DNA of 64,000 nt from assembly GCA_036491435.1 (NCBI GenBank), contig DASXBZ010000012.1:3819-67818 (forward strand), written 5' to 3'. Positions 8,934 through 22,006 of the stretch are shown here, in pieces. Source of the DNA: Acidimicrobiales bacterium. GTDB taxonomy: Bacteria; Actinomycetota; Acidimicrobiia; Acidimicrobiales; RAAP-2. Made by a program: the position numbers and the translations under genes. The notes beneath the pieces were generated by a model. It was not told where the DNA came from. It saw nothing but the letters and a program-made list of their open reading frames with translations, and searched no databases. Every line of letters starts with the position of its first letter. The first letter of the stretch is position 1.

Positions 8934-10369
8934 CCGCGGCGGCGACGGAGCTCGGCGGCGACCTCTTTGCCGTTGGCGTTGCCCGACGTCGCCTTCATCA
9001 CCTTGCCGGTGAAGAACCCCATGAGCTTGTCGTCACCATCGAGGAAACGCGCCCACTCGTCGGGGTTCGCCGCGACGACGTCGTCGACAACTGCGGCCAA
9101 CGAGTCAGCGCCCATGGCTTCGAAGCCCATTTCCTTCGCCACCGCGGCCGGGTCGCCGCCGCCCTGTTCGAGGAGGGCGGCCAGCACGGCCTTGGACTGG
9201 GTGGCCGACAGCTGCCCGCCGGACTCGAGGGCCAGCAGTGACGCAAACGAACCCGAGTCGAGACGCAACCCGGCCTCGCTTTGCGCCGCGACCTCGTTGG
9301 CGGCGCGCACCAGCGCGAGCGCCGGAGGCGCTCCCTTGTCTGACGCTGCGTTGACCAGCCCGTCGAGGCCCAGGTCGACGACCGCGTTGATCTGGTCGAG
9401 CTCGGCTGCGCTGGGGTCACCGCCGAGCGCGGTCACCAGCGCGGCACGCCGGTCGGCCGGCATGGCCCCCAGCGAGCCCCGCACCCGGTCGCGCCACGGG
9501 GCGTCGGGTGCCAACGGCACCAGATCGGGCTCGGGGAAATAGCGGTAGTCGTTCGCCTCTTCCTTCGACCGCAGCGCGTCCGTACGCCCCGCCGACTCGT
9601 CCCAATGGCGGGTCTCCTGAACGACCACGCCGCCTCCCTCGAGGAGCGCGATCTGGCGGGCCACCTCGTAGTCGATCGCACGACCGAGCGAGGAAAACGA
9701 GTTGAGGTTCTTGATCTCGCAGCGGGTGCCGAACTCGAGGCTGCCGGTCGGACGGACAGAGACGTTGGCGTCGACCCGCATGGACCCCTCCTCCATCCGG
9801 CCGTCTGACGCCCCCGTCGCCACGAGGATCCAGCGCAACTCCGATGCATACGCCCGAGCCTGTGCCGACGTGCGCATGTCGGGCTCGCTGACGATCTCGA
9901 CCAGCGGCACGCCCGAGCGGTTGTAGTCGACCAGCGCGTGCTCAGCCGCGTTGATACGGCCACTCGCGCCCACATGGGTGAGCTTGCCGGTGTCCTCCTC
10001 CATGTGCGCCCGCGTCACGCCCACCCGGAAGCCGTCGGGCAGATCCAACCACCCGTCGACGTTCAGGGGCAGGTCGTACTGGCTGATCTGATAGTCCTTG
10101 GCCTGGTCGGGATAGAAGTAGTTCTTGCGGGCGAATTCGGACGGTCGGATCTCGCAGTGGAGCGCCGTACCGATCCGCATGGCCAGCTCGACGGCCTGCT
10201 CGTTGAGAACCGGCAGTGAGCCCGGGAGCCCGATGCAGGTCGGGCAGATGTTGACGTTGGGCTCGTCGCCGAACGCATTGCGGCACCCGCAGAACAACTT
10301 GGTCTTCGTCGCGAGCTCGCTGTGCACCTCGAGCCCGATCACGGTCTCCCACTCGCTCATGGCGCGCAC
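8930..10369 (-). CDS. gatB: Asp-tRNA(Asn)/Glu-tRNA(Gln) amidotransferase subunit B
   Basis: [24 protein letters not shown]..., a full-length GatB-like sequence. Alternative ATG at 10360 directly abuts the gatA stop. Confidence 0.95.
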   Translation of the reverse strand: MRAMSEWETVIGLEVHSELATKTKLFCGCRNAFGDEPNVNICPTCIGLPGSLPVLNEQAVELAMRIGTALHCEIRPSEFARKNYFYPDQAKDYQISQYDLPLNVDGWLDLPDGFRVGVTRAHMEEDTGKLTHVGASGRINAAEHALVDYNRSGVPLVEIVSEPDMRTSAQARAYASELRWILVATGASDGRMEEGSMRVDANVSVRPTGSLEFGTRCEIKNLNSFSSLGRAIDYEVARQIALLEGGGVVVQETRHWDESAGRTDALRSKEEANDYRYFPEPDLVPLAPDAPWRDRVRGSLGAMPADRRAALVTALGGDPSAAELDQINAVVDLGLDGLVNAASDKGAPPALALVRAANEVAAQSEAGLRLDSGSFASLLALESGGQLSATQSKAVLAALLEQGGGDPAAVAKEMGFEAMGADSLAAVVDDVVAANPDEWARFLDGDDKLMGFFTGKVMKATSGNANGKEVAAELRRRRG

Positions 10370-11778
10370 GCCTCCACGACACGGGCGACCCGGAACAACA
10401 TGGCTTCGCCCAGCGCCGGCGCCAGCACCTGCACGCCGACGGGCAAGCCGTCGTCGCCCGTGCCGAAGGGCACCGAGATCGCAGGATGCCCCGAGAGATT
10501 GGAGGGGATCGTGCAGACGTCGTTCATGTACATCGCCATGGGGTCATCCACCTTGGCCCCCAGGTCGAACGCCGTCGTCGGCGCCGTCGCCCCGAGAAGG
10601 ACGTCGTAGGACTCGTAGGCACGGTCGAAGGCCCGCATGACGAGCGTCCGCACCCGCTGCGCCTGCGCGTAATAGGCGTCGTAGTACCCGGCGGACAGGG
10701 CGTAGGTCCCGAGCATGACCCGGCGCTTCACCTCCGCCCCGAACCCGGCCGTCCGAGTGGCCGTGTTCATCGCCTCGACGTCGTCACCGTCCACCCGAAG
10801 CCCGTACCGCACGCCGTCGTAGCGGGCAAGGTTCGAGGACGCCTCGGCCGGCGCGATGAGGTAGTACGCCGAGAGGCCGTAGGAGAACTCGGGCACCGAG
10901 ACCTCCTCGACCTTCGCGCCCGCGCTCGCCAGTGCGTCGGCCGCCTCCTGCACCCGTGCGGCCACGTCCGCCGCGCACCCGTCGACCAGGTCGCGGCACA
11001 AACCGATCCGGATCCCCTCGACGCCGTCGCCGAGGCCGGGCGACGTCGGTTCCGGTGTCGACGGCAACGACGTGCTGTCCATCGGGTCGTGCCCGGCGAT
11101 GACGTCGAAAAGGAGCGCGGCGTCCTCGACCGTGGTGGAGAAGGGCCCGATCTGGTCGAGCGAGCTTGCGAAGGCCACCAGCCCATAGCGAGACACCCGG
11201 CCGTACGTCGGCTTCATCCCGACGACACCACAGAGGGCGGCGGGCTGCCGAATCGAGCCGCCGGTATCCGAGCCGAGGGCGAGCGGCGCGAAGCCGGCGG
11301 CGACCGCAGCCGCCGATCCGCCGCTGCTGCCGCCGGGGACCTTCTCGGTGGAACGAGGATTCCTCGTCGGGCCGAAGGCGGAGTTCTCGGTCGACGAACC
11401 CATGGCGAACTCGTCCATGTTCGTCTTGCCTAGCGCGACCGCACCGGCGCGCCGCAGCGCCTCGACGACCGTGGCGTCGTAGGGCGGTCGCCATCCTTCG
11501 AGGATCCGAGACCCGCAGGTCGTCGCGAACCCGCGCGTGCACAGGTTGTCCTTCAGGGCGACGGGCACCCCGGCCAGCGGGCCCGGGTCCTCTCCCGCGG
11601 CCACTGCGGCGTCGACCGCATCGGCCTGCGCCCGAGCCGCATCCTCCATCACGTCGAGGAACGTGTGGAAGCGGGCATCATCGGTCGCGACTGCGGCCAG
11701 CGCCTCATCGGTGACCTCGCGGGCCGAACGAACGCCCGAGCGCACCTCCGCGGCCAGCGACACCGCCGAAGAGGTCAC
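10357..11778 (-). CDS. gatA: Asp-tRNA(Asn)/Glu-tRNA(Gln) amidotransferase subunit A
   Basis: Amidase signature [36 protein letters not shown] overlap with gatC. Confidence 0.95.
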   Translation of the reverse strand: MTSSAVSLAAEVRSGVRSAREVTDEALAAVATDDARFHTFLDVMEDAARAQADAVDAAVAAGEDPGPLAGVPVALKDNLCTRGFATTCGSRILEGWRPPYDATVVEALRRAGAVALGKTNMDEFAMGSSTENSAFGPTRNPRSTEKVPGGSSGGSAAAVAAGFAPLALGSDTGGSIRQPAALCGVVGMKPTYGRVSRYGLVAFASSLDQIGPFSTTVEDAALLFDVIAGHDPMDSTSLPSTPEPTSPGLGDGVEGIRIGLCRDLVDGCAADVAARVQEAADALASAGAKVEEVSVPEFSYGLSAYYLIAPAEASSNLARYDGVRYGLRVDGDDVEAMNTATRTAGFGAEVKRRVMLGTYALSAGYYDAYYAQAQRVRTLVMRAFDRAYESYDVLLGATAPTTAFDLGAKVDDPMAMYMNDVCTIPSNLSGHPAISVPFGTGDDGLPVGVQVLAPALGEAMLFRVARVVEACAP

Positions 11779-12092
11779 GGTGCCTGACCGCCGATGCGCG
11801 GCACCCGGAAGCGGTGATCCTCCACCGCAGGCGCGGCCGCCAGGACCTCGTCGCGGTCGAGGCTGGGACGAGGCTCGTCCCTGCGCAGCACGTTCTCGAG
11901 CGCGATGGGGTGCGACGACGGCTCCAAGTGCGAGAGGTCGAGCGACGCGACGTCCGCCGCGTGGTCCAGCACGGTGCGGAGCTGGGCCGTGAAGAGCTCG
12001 ACTTCGTCTTCGGTCAGGTCCAGGCGGGCCAGGTGCGCGACGTGGATGACGTCGTCGCGGCTGAGCGAGCTGGTGACCCGCTCGTCGCTCAC
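11775..12092 (-). CDS. gatC: Asp-tRNA(Asn)/Glu-tRNA(Gln) amidotransferase subunit C
   Basis: About 105 aa: [42 protein letters not shown] 12092 overlaps the upstream stop (GTGA). The long 274-aa ORF was trimmed. Confidence 0.85.
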   Translation of the reverse strand: MSDERVTSSLSRDDVIHVAHLARLDLTEDEVELFTAQLRTVLDHAADVASLDLSHLEPSSHPIALENVLRRDEPRPSLDRDEVLAAAPAVEDHRFRVPRIGGQAP

Positions 12093-12853
12093 GGACTCAC
12101 GGCGGCCAGCACGCCGCTGAGGAACTCGACCGTGCGTGCCTCGATCTCGTCCTTGTCGTAGTCGAGCGTCGCGACGTGGTAGCTCCGTTCGAGAACGACC
12201 TGCTCGATCGGCCCCTTCACCCGCTCCAGGAGCACGTCGCTCGACGTGGGGTCGACCACGTGGTCCTGCTTGCTGGTGAACACCAACACGGGACAGGCCA
12301 CCGAGCCGAGCTTCGCCTCGACCTCCTCGACGCCCTCGAAGAGAGACAACGCCGCCCGTAGCGGCAATTCGGGGTACGCGGACTCGACCGAGCCCTCCAT
12401 GGCGATGTCCGAGCCGATGCCCGGCGCGATCTCGTCGCCGCCCTCGATCATGGCCTCGATGAACCCTGTCGTAGCCGTGTCGGGTGGGGTCACCAGGGGG
12501 TTCACCACCGCCAACGCCGCCACCTCGGGATGATGCTCCGCCAACCAGACGGCGAGGCTCCCGCCCATCGACAGCCCGACCACCGCCACCGCGTCGCAAC
12601 GGGCCGCCAACGCGGTGAACGCGTCGTCGGCCGCCTCACACCATTCGGGCCACCGGGTCGGCACCATGTCGGAGATGTCGGTGCCGTGGCCGGGAAGCAG
12701 TGGCAGCTCCACCGTGAAACCGGCGTCCGCCAGCGCGAGGGCCAACCCGCGCATCGACTGGGGGTTGCCGGTGAACCCGTGGAGGACGAGTGCGCCGCGC
12801 GCGTCGCCGGTGGCCGAATAGGGCTCTGCACCGGGGATGATGGGGTGGGTCAC
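12089..12853 (-). CDS. alpha/beta hydrolase (carboxylesterase/lysophospholipase-like)
   Basis: [13 protein letters not shown], nucleophile elbow GLSMGGS, C-terminal [10 protein letters not shown]. Start taken at GTG 12853 (VTHPIIPG). Confidence 0.8.
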   Translation of the reverse strand: MTHPIIPGAEPYSATGDARGALVLHGFTGNPQSMRGLALALADAGFTVELPLLPGHGTDISDMVPTRWPEWCEAADDAFTALAARCDAVAVVGLSMGGSLAVWLAEHHPEVAALAVVNPLVTPPDTATTGFIEAMIEGGDEIAPGIGSDIAMEGSVESAYPELPLRAALSLFEGVEEVEAKLGSVACPVLVFTSKQDHVVDPTSSDVLLERVKGPIEQVVLERSYHVATLDYDKDEIEARTVEFLSGVLAAVSP

Positions 12854-12966
12854 GAATCGGCAGCCTACTGGCGAGGGGAGTAGGGTTCCGGCGGCCAGAA
12901 GGCTCCGGGCGGGGCGACAGAGGCGCACCAAACGAGCGAGACCGAAGACGAAGGAGCACAAACGAA

Positions 12967-13380
12967 ATGGCGTCGTACCCGTTCCTCAGCGACGAATGGC
13001 TGGATCAGGCGCGCAAGATCCGCGCCGAGTACGAGGGCAAGACGGCGCCGATCCCCCACGTCGTCCGCATGAACCTCGTCGTGACCGCGGTCCCCTTCTC
13101 GGAGGAGGACATCCTCGCCCACATGGACACCTCGAGCGGTGAGTTGGTCCTCGACACGGGCCACCTCGAGACCCAGGACCTCAAGGTGACGGTCGACTAC
13201 GACACCGCCAAGGCGATCCTGATCGAGGGAAACCCCCAGGCAGGCATGCAGGCCTTCATGGCCGGCAAGGTGCGCGTCGAGGGCGACATGGCGAAGCTGA
13301 TGGCGCTCCAGGCCGCCCCGGCGGCGACCGACCCGACGGCAGCCGAGTTGGCCGGCCGCATCCGCGACATCACCGAGTAA
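12967..13380 (+). CDS. SCP2 sterol-binding-domain protein
   Basis: 137 aa. AAGGAG RBS upstream. C-terminal QAGMQAFMAGKVRVEGDMAKLMALQ is typical of SCP2. Confidence 0.75.
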   Translation: MASYPFLSDEWLDQARKIRAEYEGKTAPIPHVVRMNLVVTAVPFSEEDILAHMDTSSGELVLDTGHLETQDLKVTVDYDTAKAILIEGNPQAGMQAFMAGKVRVEGDMAKLMALQAAPAATDPTAAELAGRIRDITE

Positions 13381-13387
13381 CGAGCAG

Positions 13388-15055
13388 TCAGGCGGGGTCG
13401 ACAAGCAGTTGAGCGGCCCGCGCCGAGCGCGGCAACGGGCGAATGAAGAGCGCACAGACCACGGCCAGTGCGGCCACGAACGTGCCCACCCAGAACGGCA
13501 CGCTGAAACTGTGGAGCAGCGCGGTGCTGTGGTGCACGTTGCCCAGCCCCGAGTTCTTCGCGATCGTCTCCTGGATCGTCAGCACGAGCTGGATGCCGGC
13601 CACCTCTCCCACTTGCGCGGCCAGCAACTGCGCCGCGCTCATGACGCCGTACTCGGACTCCGCGAGCTCGTTCGACATCGTCGACGAGGTCGCCGGCATG
13701 GACACCCCCATCCCGAGTCCCGAGAGAGCCAGCGCCACCACGACCACGATGATCGCCGACGAGGCCCCGAGCGTCGCGAAGATCACCATGGAGAGCAGGA
13801 GCGACACCGTCCCGAAGAGCGTCGCCGTCCGCTCCCCCGTCCGCACGGTCATGTACCCGGCGATGGGCGCGCTGATCGCGAATACCAAGGGCCGCGCCAC
13901 GGACAGGAACCCGACCTGCGACACGCTGTATCCGTAGACCTGTTCCATGAGCAACGGGAACAGGAAGAACGCGCCGAAGTAGGCGAAGCTGGTGCAGAAC
14001 TTCGTGCCCATTGGGAACATGAAGTTGCGTCGTCGCCAATAGGTCGTCGGTATGAGCGGCGTGGCGAAGGTCGCCTCCCTCCATACGAAGATGACACCCA
14101 ACGTCACCGCGACGGCGCCCGACACGACGACACCAACCGAGGTCCAGCCTGCGATCGGCCCGATGCTCAGCACGAGCATGGCGGCGGTCACGCCACCGGC
14201 CAGACTCCAGCTCCCGACCCAGTCCATGCCCGCCCAGACGCTGGGCTTCTTCCCATTGGCCTCGACCGCCTCGTCGACGGCCGGCGGCGCCTTCGTCCGT
14301 CGTCGGGTCGGCAACAGGGTCGCCACCACGACCGAGGCGATCACCAGCAGCACCAGTTGGCCCCAGAAGAGGGTCCGCCAACCGAAGTACTGGATCACCG
14401 GTGACCCCAGCGTCACCCCGAGGACCGGCCCGCCGGCCCCCACCAGCGACCACCAACCCAGGGCCTTCACCCGATCCTGGGGCGCGAAGAGCTCGAGGAT
14501 GATGGCCATCGACGCCGTTCCTGTCGCTGCGCCCTGGACGCCGTCGAGGACGCGGGCGAACAGCAGCATCCCTACGTCCGGCGCGGTGGCGGTGAGGACC
14601 GCACTGACCATGGCCCCGAGCAGTCCGAACTGATAGAGCCGGCGGTGGCCGAACAGGTCGCCCGCCTTGCCGAAGAACGGCGCCGCCACGCCGAATGCCA
14701 GCAGTGGTCCCGTCGAGGCCCAGGCGAGCACCGAGAAGTTGGTGTGGAATTCCGCCTTGACCGTGGGGAGCGCCACGACGAAGACGGTGAACGTGATGTT
14801 GAGGGCCAGCAGCCCGGACAAGAGGGCCACCAGCGCCCACCACTGGTAGCGGGGGCTCCGGACCGCCCGGTCCGTGACGCGGCGGCGCAGCAGGACGAAC
14901 CAGTTGGTGTTGACCGACCCGTCCCCCAGGGTCCCCATGGCCGCTCCGCCTGGATCCGCCACCGGGTCGAGGAGCGCGTCAGATCGCTCGACCGGTGATC
15001 CGTCCATCTGGGACACCCTACCGGGGGCCAATTTCCCGATTTCCTGCGCCGCCAA
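13388..15055 (-). CDS. MFS transporter (DHA2/EmrB-like, about 14 TM)
   Basis: Repeated hydrophobic helices. Motif FGKAGDLFGHRRLY, which resembles MFS motif A. Exact start uncertain. Confidence 0.85.
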   Translation of the reverse strand: MAAQEIGKLAPGRVSQMDGSPVERSDALLDPVADPGGAAMGTLGDGSVNTNWFVLLRRRVTDRAVRSPRYQWWALVALLSGLLALNITFTVFVVALPTVKAEFHTNFSVLAWASTGPLLAFGVAAPFFGKAGDLFGHRRLYQFGLLGAMVSAVLTATAPDVGMLLFARVLDGVQGAATGTASMAIILELFAPQDRVKALGWWSLVGAGGPVLGVTLGSPVIQYFGWRTLFWGQLVLLVIASVVVATLLPTRRRTKAPPAVDEAVEANGKKPSVWAGMDWVGSWSLAGGVTAAMLVLSIGPIAGWTSVGVVVSGAVAVTLGVIFVWREATFATPLIPTTYWRRRNFMFPMGTKFCTSFAYFGAFFLFPLLMEQVYGYSVSQVGFLSVARPLVFAISAPIAGYMTVRTGERTATLFGTVSLLLSMVIFATLGASSAIIVVVVALALSGLGMGVSMPATSSTMSNELAESEYGVMSAAQLLAAQVGEVAGIQLVLTIQETIAKNSGLGNVHHSTALLHSFSVPFWVGTFVAALAVVCALFIRPLPRSARAAQLLVDPA

Positions 15056-15096
15056 CCCGCCCGGTGCGGCTCGTACCCGCCCTCAGCGAACGGTCG

Positions 15097-15411
15097 TCAC
15101 CGCATGCCGCGCAGCCGGAACCACCAGTTCGGGTCCCGTCCGTGCGCGTGGAAGTGGTTCGGGATCTGGCGCATCACGCGGTCCACCGACCACTCGCCCG
15201 GCCCGAAACGCGCGTCGGCCACCCGCGTCAGCTGGCCCAGCATGTGGTCGACGGCGTCGTCGGGCGGGACCGGCCCGTGCTGCTTCCAGACGACCATGGG
15301 CACGCCGCATACCTCGCAGTCGGCCACCCAACACACGTCGTCCTCGTGGTGCCACTCCGACAGACGTGCCGCCTCGCACAGATCACAGCTCGGGTCGAAC
15401 GGGAGGGCCAC
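15097..15411 (-). CDS. small conserved-looking hypothetical protein with CxxC pairs and a histidine-triad-like HFHAH motif
   Basis: 104 aa. Contains CDLCEA, CWVADCEVC and NHFHAHGR. Sits 26 nt downstream of the kinase gene on the same strand. Confidence 0.5.
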   Translation of the reverse strand: MALPFDPSCDLCEAARLSEWHHEDDVCWVADCEVCGVPMVVWKQHGPVPPDDAVDHMLGQLTRVADARFGPGEWSVDRVMRQIPNHFHAHGRDPNWWFRLRGMR

Positions 15412-15437
15412 GGGAGACGGAAAGGTAGGTCAGTCGC

Positions 15438-17495
15438 TCAGTGCGTGAAGAGCTGGACGGCCGAACCGGTCGGCACCGTCGATCCGATGGAGGGCTGCGT
15501 GCCGCTCACGTTGTTCGACGGGTTGCCCGACACACCCGACGGCGTCAGCCCGGCTTGTTGCAACGCGGCGTCCGCCTGCTGGACGGAGTCACCCTTGACG
15601 TCGGGCACGGTCGTCGTCGGCGGTCCGGTCGACACGTTGACGGTCACGGCCGAGCCGTAGGGCGCCTGCGCCCCGCTCGCCGGCACCGTCGACACCACGT
15701 CCCCGTTCGGCACGGTCGGGTCCGACTGGTTGTGCTGGGTCGCCGTGAGCCCGACCGCCTGCAGCGCGGCCTGCGCCTGGGCGAAGGAGTACGTCTGCGG
15801 GATCTGCGGGACGGTCGCCGGCTCGTGCCCCAGCGACGGCACGAGCGTGATGGTCGCCCCGTACGGCGCCTTGGTCGGGTTCTGCGTCGAGCCGATCGTC
15901 CAGATGTCGAGCACCCCCGCCTGCACGTTGTTGTTGTAGGCCCCCGGCGCGCACACCGACTTGAAGTGCGCCGCCGTCAGCGCGGTCGACGCCTGGGCGC
16001 ACGTCATGCCTGCAAGGCTCGGCACGGTCACGTTGGGCGGCCCGTCCGAGACGACGACCGTGACCGTCGTCCCCTCCTTGACCGACACGCCGGCCTTCGG
16101 CTCCTGCGACACGATGTCCCCGGACCCCACCGTGATCGACTTGATCGGCCGGCCCTCGGCCAGGGTCATGTGCACCTTCGCCAGCGTCGTCCGGGCCTCG
16201 GGGACCGTCATGTTCGCCAACGTCGGCGTCGGGTGCGACGGCGTGAACACGTTCGTCCCGAACGCCACCGCGAGGCCGGCCGCCAGCAGCACGAGCGCCA
16301 GGGCGACCCCGGCGATCACCCAGGTCCGGCGACCACCGAGCCCGTGACGCTGCCACCAGTGCTGACGCTTCGGCGTCGGCATCGGCGCCCCTCCGCCTCC
16401 ACCGGATCCCCTCGAGCGGCCGAAGGCCTCGGCGTCGAAGACCTCGCCCGGCCCGGCCTTCGTTCCGACGGGGGCACCTGCCATGCCGGCCACCATCGTC
16501 CCCCCCGCCGCGACGGCCGTCGCGCCCGCGGCCGCGGCCGCACCCGCACCCGCAGCGCCCACCGCAGCGGTCTTGGTATCGGTCAGCTCGCCCACCCCCG
16601 GCGCCTGGAACGCCGTGATCGGGGCCGACTTCTCGAGATGCGGGAACACCAGCGGCAGCGGTGCCGGCGACGGCAAGGCCGCCGCCAACGCACCCAGCCG
16701 GGCAGACAACCCCGCCGCGTCCAGACGAGCCGACACATCCGGCGCCGCCGCACGCGCCAACACGTCGTCCAACGGCCCGAGAGCCGGGTCGTGCGGCAAC
16801 GGCTGGCCGATGCGGGCCGCCAGCGTCCCCATCGTCGTGTCCGTCACGAACGGGACCGTCCCCGTCACCGCCTCGTACAAGACCAAGGACAAGGAGTAGA
16901 CGTCGGCGCGCCCGTCGACCGGCTTGCCCTCCGCCGCCTCCGGCGAGATGTACCGGGCCGTCCCCACCATCGCCCCCGCGGGCTCCGTCCACGCGGCCTC
17001 CGCCAGCGCACGGGCCACGCCGAAGTCGGCGATCCGCACCCGCCCCTCCTCGTCGAACAAGAGGTTCGCCGGCTTCACGTCCCGGTGGACGAGTCCCCGC
17101 ACGTGCGCATAGGCGAGCCCCTGCGCCACGTCGGCCCCCAACGCGGCGGCCTGCGCATGCGAGAGCCGCACGCCGCGGTCCAACAGATCACGCAACGACC
17201 CCCCACCCAGGTACTCGAGCACGAGATACGGCTCGTCGTTGTCCTCGCCCCAGTCGAAGACCCGCAACACGTGTGGATGGTTCAAAGACGCGACCGACCG
17301 CGCCTCGGCCCGGAAACGCTTCAAGAACGCCTCGTCCGCGGCCAGGCCCGGCTGGAGCACCTTGACCGCGACATGGCGCTGCAACGACACGTCCTCGGCC
17401 AGATACACGTGAGCGGAAGCGCCGGTGCCCAGAGCGGAGAGCAGCCGGTACCGCTTCCCAAGGACCCGGCCGATGGAATCAGATATCAGGGGCAT
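15438..17495 (-). CDS. Ser/Thr protein kinase with TM helix and four C-terminal PASTA repeats (PknB-like)
   Basis: GTGASAHVY...VAVKVL, HRDVKPANLL, DFGVARAL. Ala-rich linker, TM WVIAGVALALVLLAAGLAVAF, then four roughly 65-aa PASTA-like repeats. Confidence 0.9.
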   Translation of the reverse strand: MPLISDSIGRVLGKRYRLLSALGTGASAHVYLAEDVSLQRHVAVKVLQPGLAADEAFLKRFRAEARSVASLNHPHVLRVFDWGEDNDEPYLVLEYLGGGSLRDLLDRGVRLSHAQAAALGADVAQGLAYAHVRGLVHRDVKPANLLFDEEGRVRIADFGVARALAEAAWTEPAGAMVGTARYISPEAAEGKPVDGRADVYSLSLVLYEAVTGTVPFVTDTTMGTLAARIGQPLPHDPALGPLDDVLARAAAPDVSARLDAAGLSARLGALAAALPSPAPLPLVFPHLEKSAPITAFQAPGVGELTDTKTAAVGAAGAGAAAAAGATAVAAGGTMVAGMAGAPVGTKAGPGEVFDAEAFGRSRGSGGGGGAPMPTPKRQHWWQRHGLGGRRTWVIAGVALALVLLAAGLAVAFGTNVFTPSHPTPTLANMTVPEARTTLAKVHMTLAEGRPIKSITVGSGDIVSQEPKAGVSVKEGTTVTVVVSDGPPNVTVPSLAGMTCAQASTALTAAHFKSVCAPGAYNNNVQAGVLDIWTIGSTQNPTKAPYGATITLVPSLGHEPATVPQIPQTYSFAQAQAALQAVGLTATQHNQSDPTVPNGDVVSTVPASGAQAPYGSAVTVNVSTGPPTTTVPDVKGDSVQQADAALQQAGLTPSGVSGNPSNNVSGTQPSIGSTVPTGSAVQLFTH

Positions 17496-17588
17496 CGGGC
17501 GGTTTTCAGGCTACCGACATCGCGCCCCGCTGCGGTGGACACCCCCCTACCAGCACGCCCATTGCCATACGGCCGCGCCCGGAACGCA

Positions 17589-20784
<3,196 letters not shown>

Positions 20785-20799
20785 AGTGTGCCAAACGGC

Positions 20800-21966
20800 T
20801 CAGACGGCCCGGCGCAGCGCGGCCGCCACCCTGGGCACCTCGGCGAGCGCGCGGTCGACGTCTTCGTCGGTCGTGTCGTGGCCCAGGGAGAATCGCACGG
20901 CCCCGACGGCCCAATCCCGGTCCACCCCCATGGCGGCGAGCACGTGGCTGGGCTCGAGGGCGCCGCTCGCACAGGACGAGCCGCCGGACACACAGATCCC
21001 ATTGCCGCCGAGGGCCACGAGCAACTCCTCCCGGTCCACGTCCGGCAGGCAGAGATGCAGATGCCCGGGCAGAACCGAGCTGCCGACGGGCACGGTGCGA
21101 TGGGCCCAGGGCATCGCGGCCAGCAACCCTTCGGCCAGGCGGTCCCGCAACTTTGAAACATGGCTGACCGCGGCCGCCCGTTCCTTGCTGACGAGTTGGA
21201 GCGCGGCGGCCATCCCGACGGCGCCGGCGACGTCGGGCGTCCCGCTGCGGCGCTCGCGCTCTTGTCCCCCGCCGTAGATGCGGGGCGACAGCGTCACGCG
21301 GGAGCTCACGGCCAAGGCGCCGGTGCCGACCGGGCCGCCGAACTTGTGCGCGCTCAGGCCCACCATGTCGACGCCGGCGGCAACGTCGGCGAGGTCGAGG
21401 TACGGCGCGGCCTGGACGGCGTCGGTGAACACGTAGGCGGCCGGTGCGCGTCGCCGCACCGAATCGACGACGTCGGCCAACGGCTGGATGACGCCGGTCT
21501 CGTTGTTGGCCGTCATGACGGCGACCACCGTGCAGCGCGGGGAGAGGGTGCTGTCGAGCGCGTCGCGATCGATCAGCCCGGCGCGATCGACCGGCAGCTC
21601 GCGCACGTCGACGCCCATCTGGCCGGCCGCCTTCGCCGACTCGCGCACGGCGGGGTGCTCGACGGCCGACGCCAGCACGACGGCCTCGCCTCGGGTACGG
21701 AAGGCGGCCTCGGCGGTGCCGAGGACGGCGAGGTTGGCCGCCTCTGTCCCACCGGAGGTGAAGACGATCTCGCCGGGGTCGCGGCCGAGAAACGCCGCGA
21801 CCTCGTCCCGGGCGTCCTCCAGGAGGGCGCGGGCGCGCTGCGCCGGCGGGTGGCTCCCGGTGGGGTTGCCGAGCTGGCGCTCGTGCACCGACGCCATGGC
21901 CGCGGCGACCTCCGGCCGCAGCGGGGTGGTCGCCGCGTGGTCGAGGTAGGTGATCGGGCTGCTCAT
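20800..21966 (-). CDS. iscS: cysteine desulfurase (class V aminotransferase)
   Basis: PLP-lysine region LSAHKFGGPVGTG, active-site SGGSSCASG. Upstream of mnmA, as in other Actinomycetota. Confidence 0.9.
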   Translation of the reverse strand: MSSPITYLDHAATTPLRPEVAAAMASVHERQLGNPTGSHPPAQRARALLEDARDEVAAFLGRDPGEIVFTSGGTEAANLAVLGTAEAAFRTRGEAVVLASAVEHPAVRESAKAAGQMGVDVRELPVDRAGLIDRDALDSTLSPRCTVVAVMTANNETGVIQPLADVVDSVRRRAPAAYVFTDAVQAAPYLDLADVAAGVDMVGLSAHKFGGPVGTGALAVSSRVTLSPRIYGGGQERERRSGTPDVAGAVGMAAALQLVSKERAAAVSHVSKLRDRLAEGLLAAMPWAHRTVPVGSSVLPGHLHLCLPDVDREELLVALGGNGICVSGGSSCASGALEPSHVLAAMGVDRDWAVGAVRFSLGHDTTDEDVDRALAEVPRVAAALRRAV

Positions 21967-22006
21967 CGGGGCCCCGCCGGAGGGAGTCCGGCGGTCGGGG
22001 GCGGTG

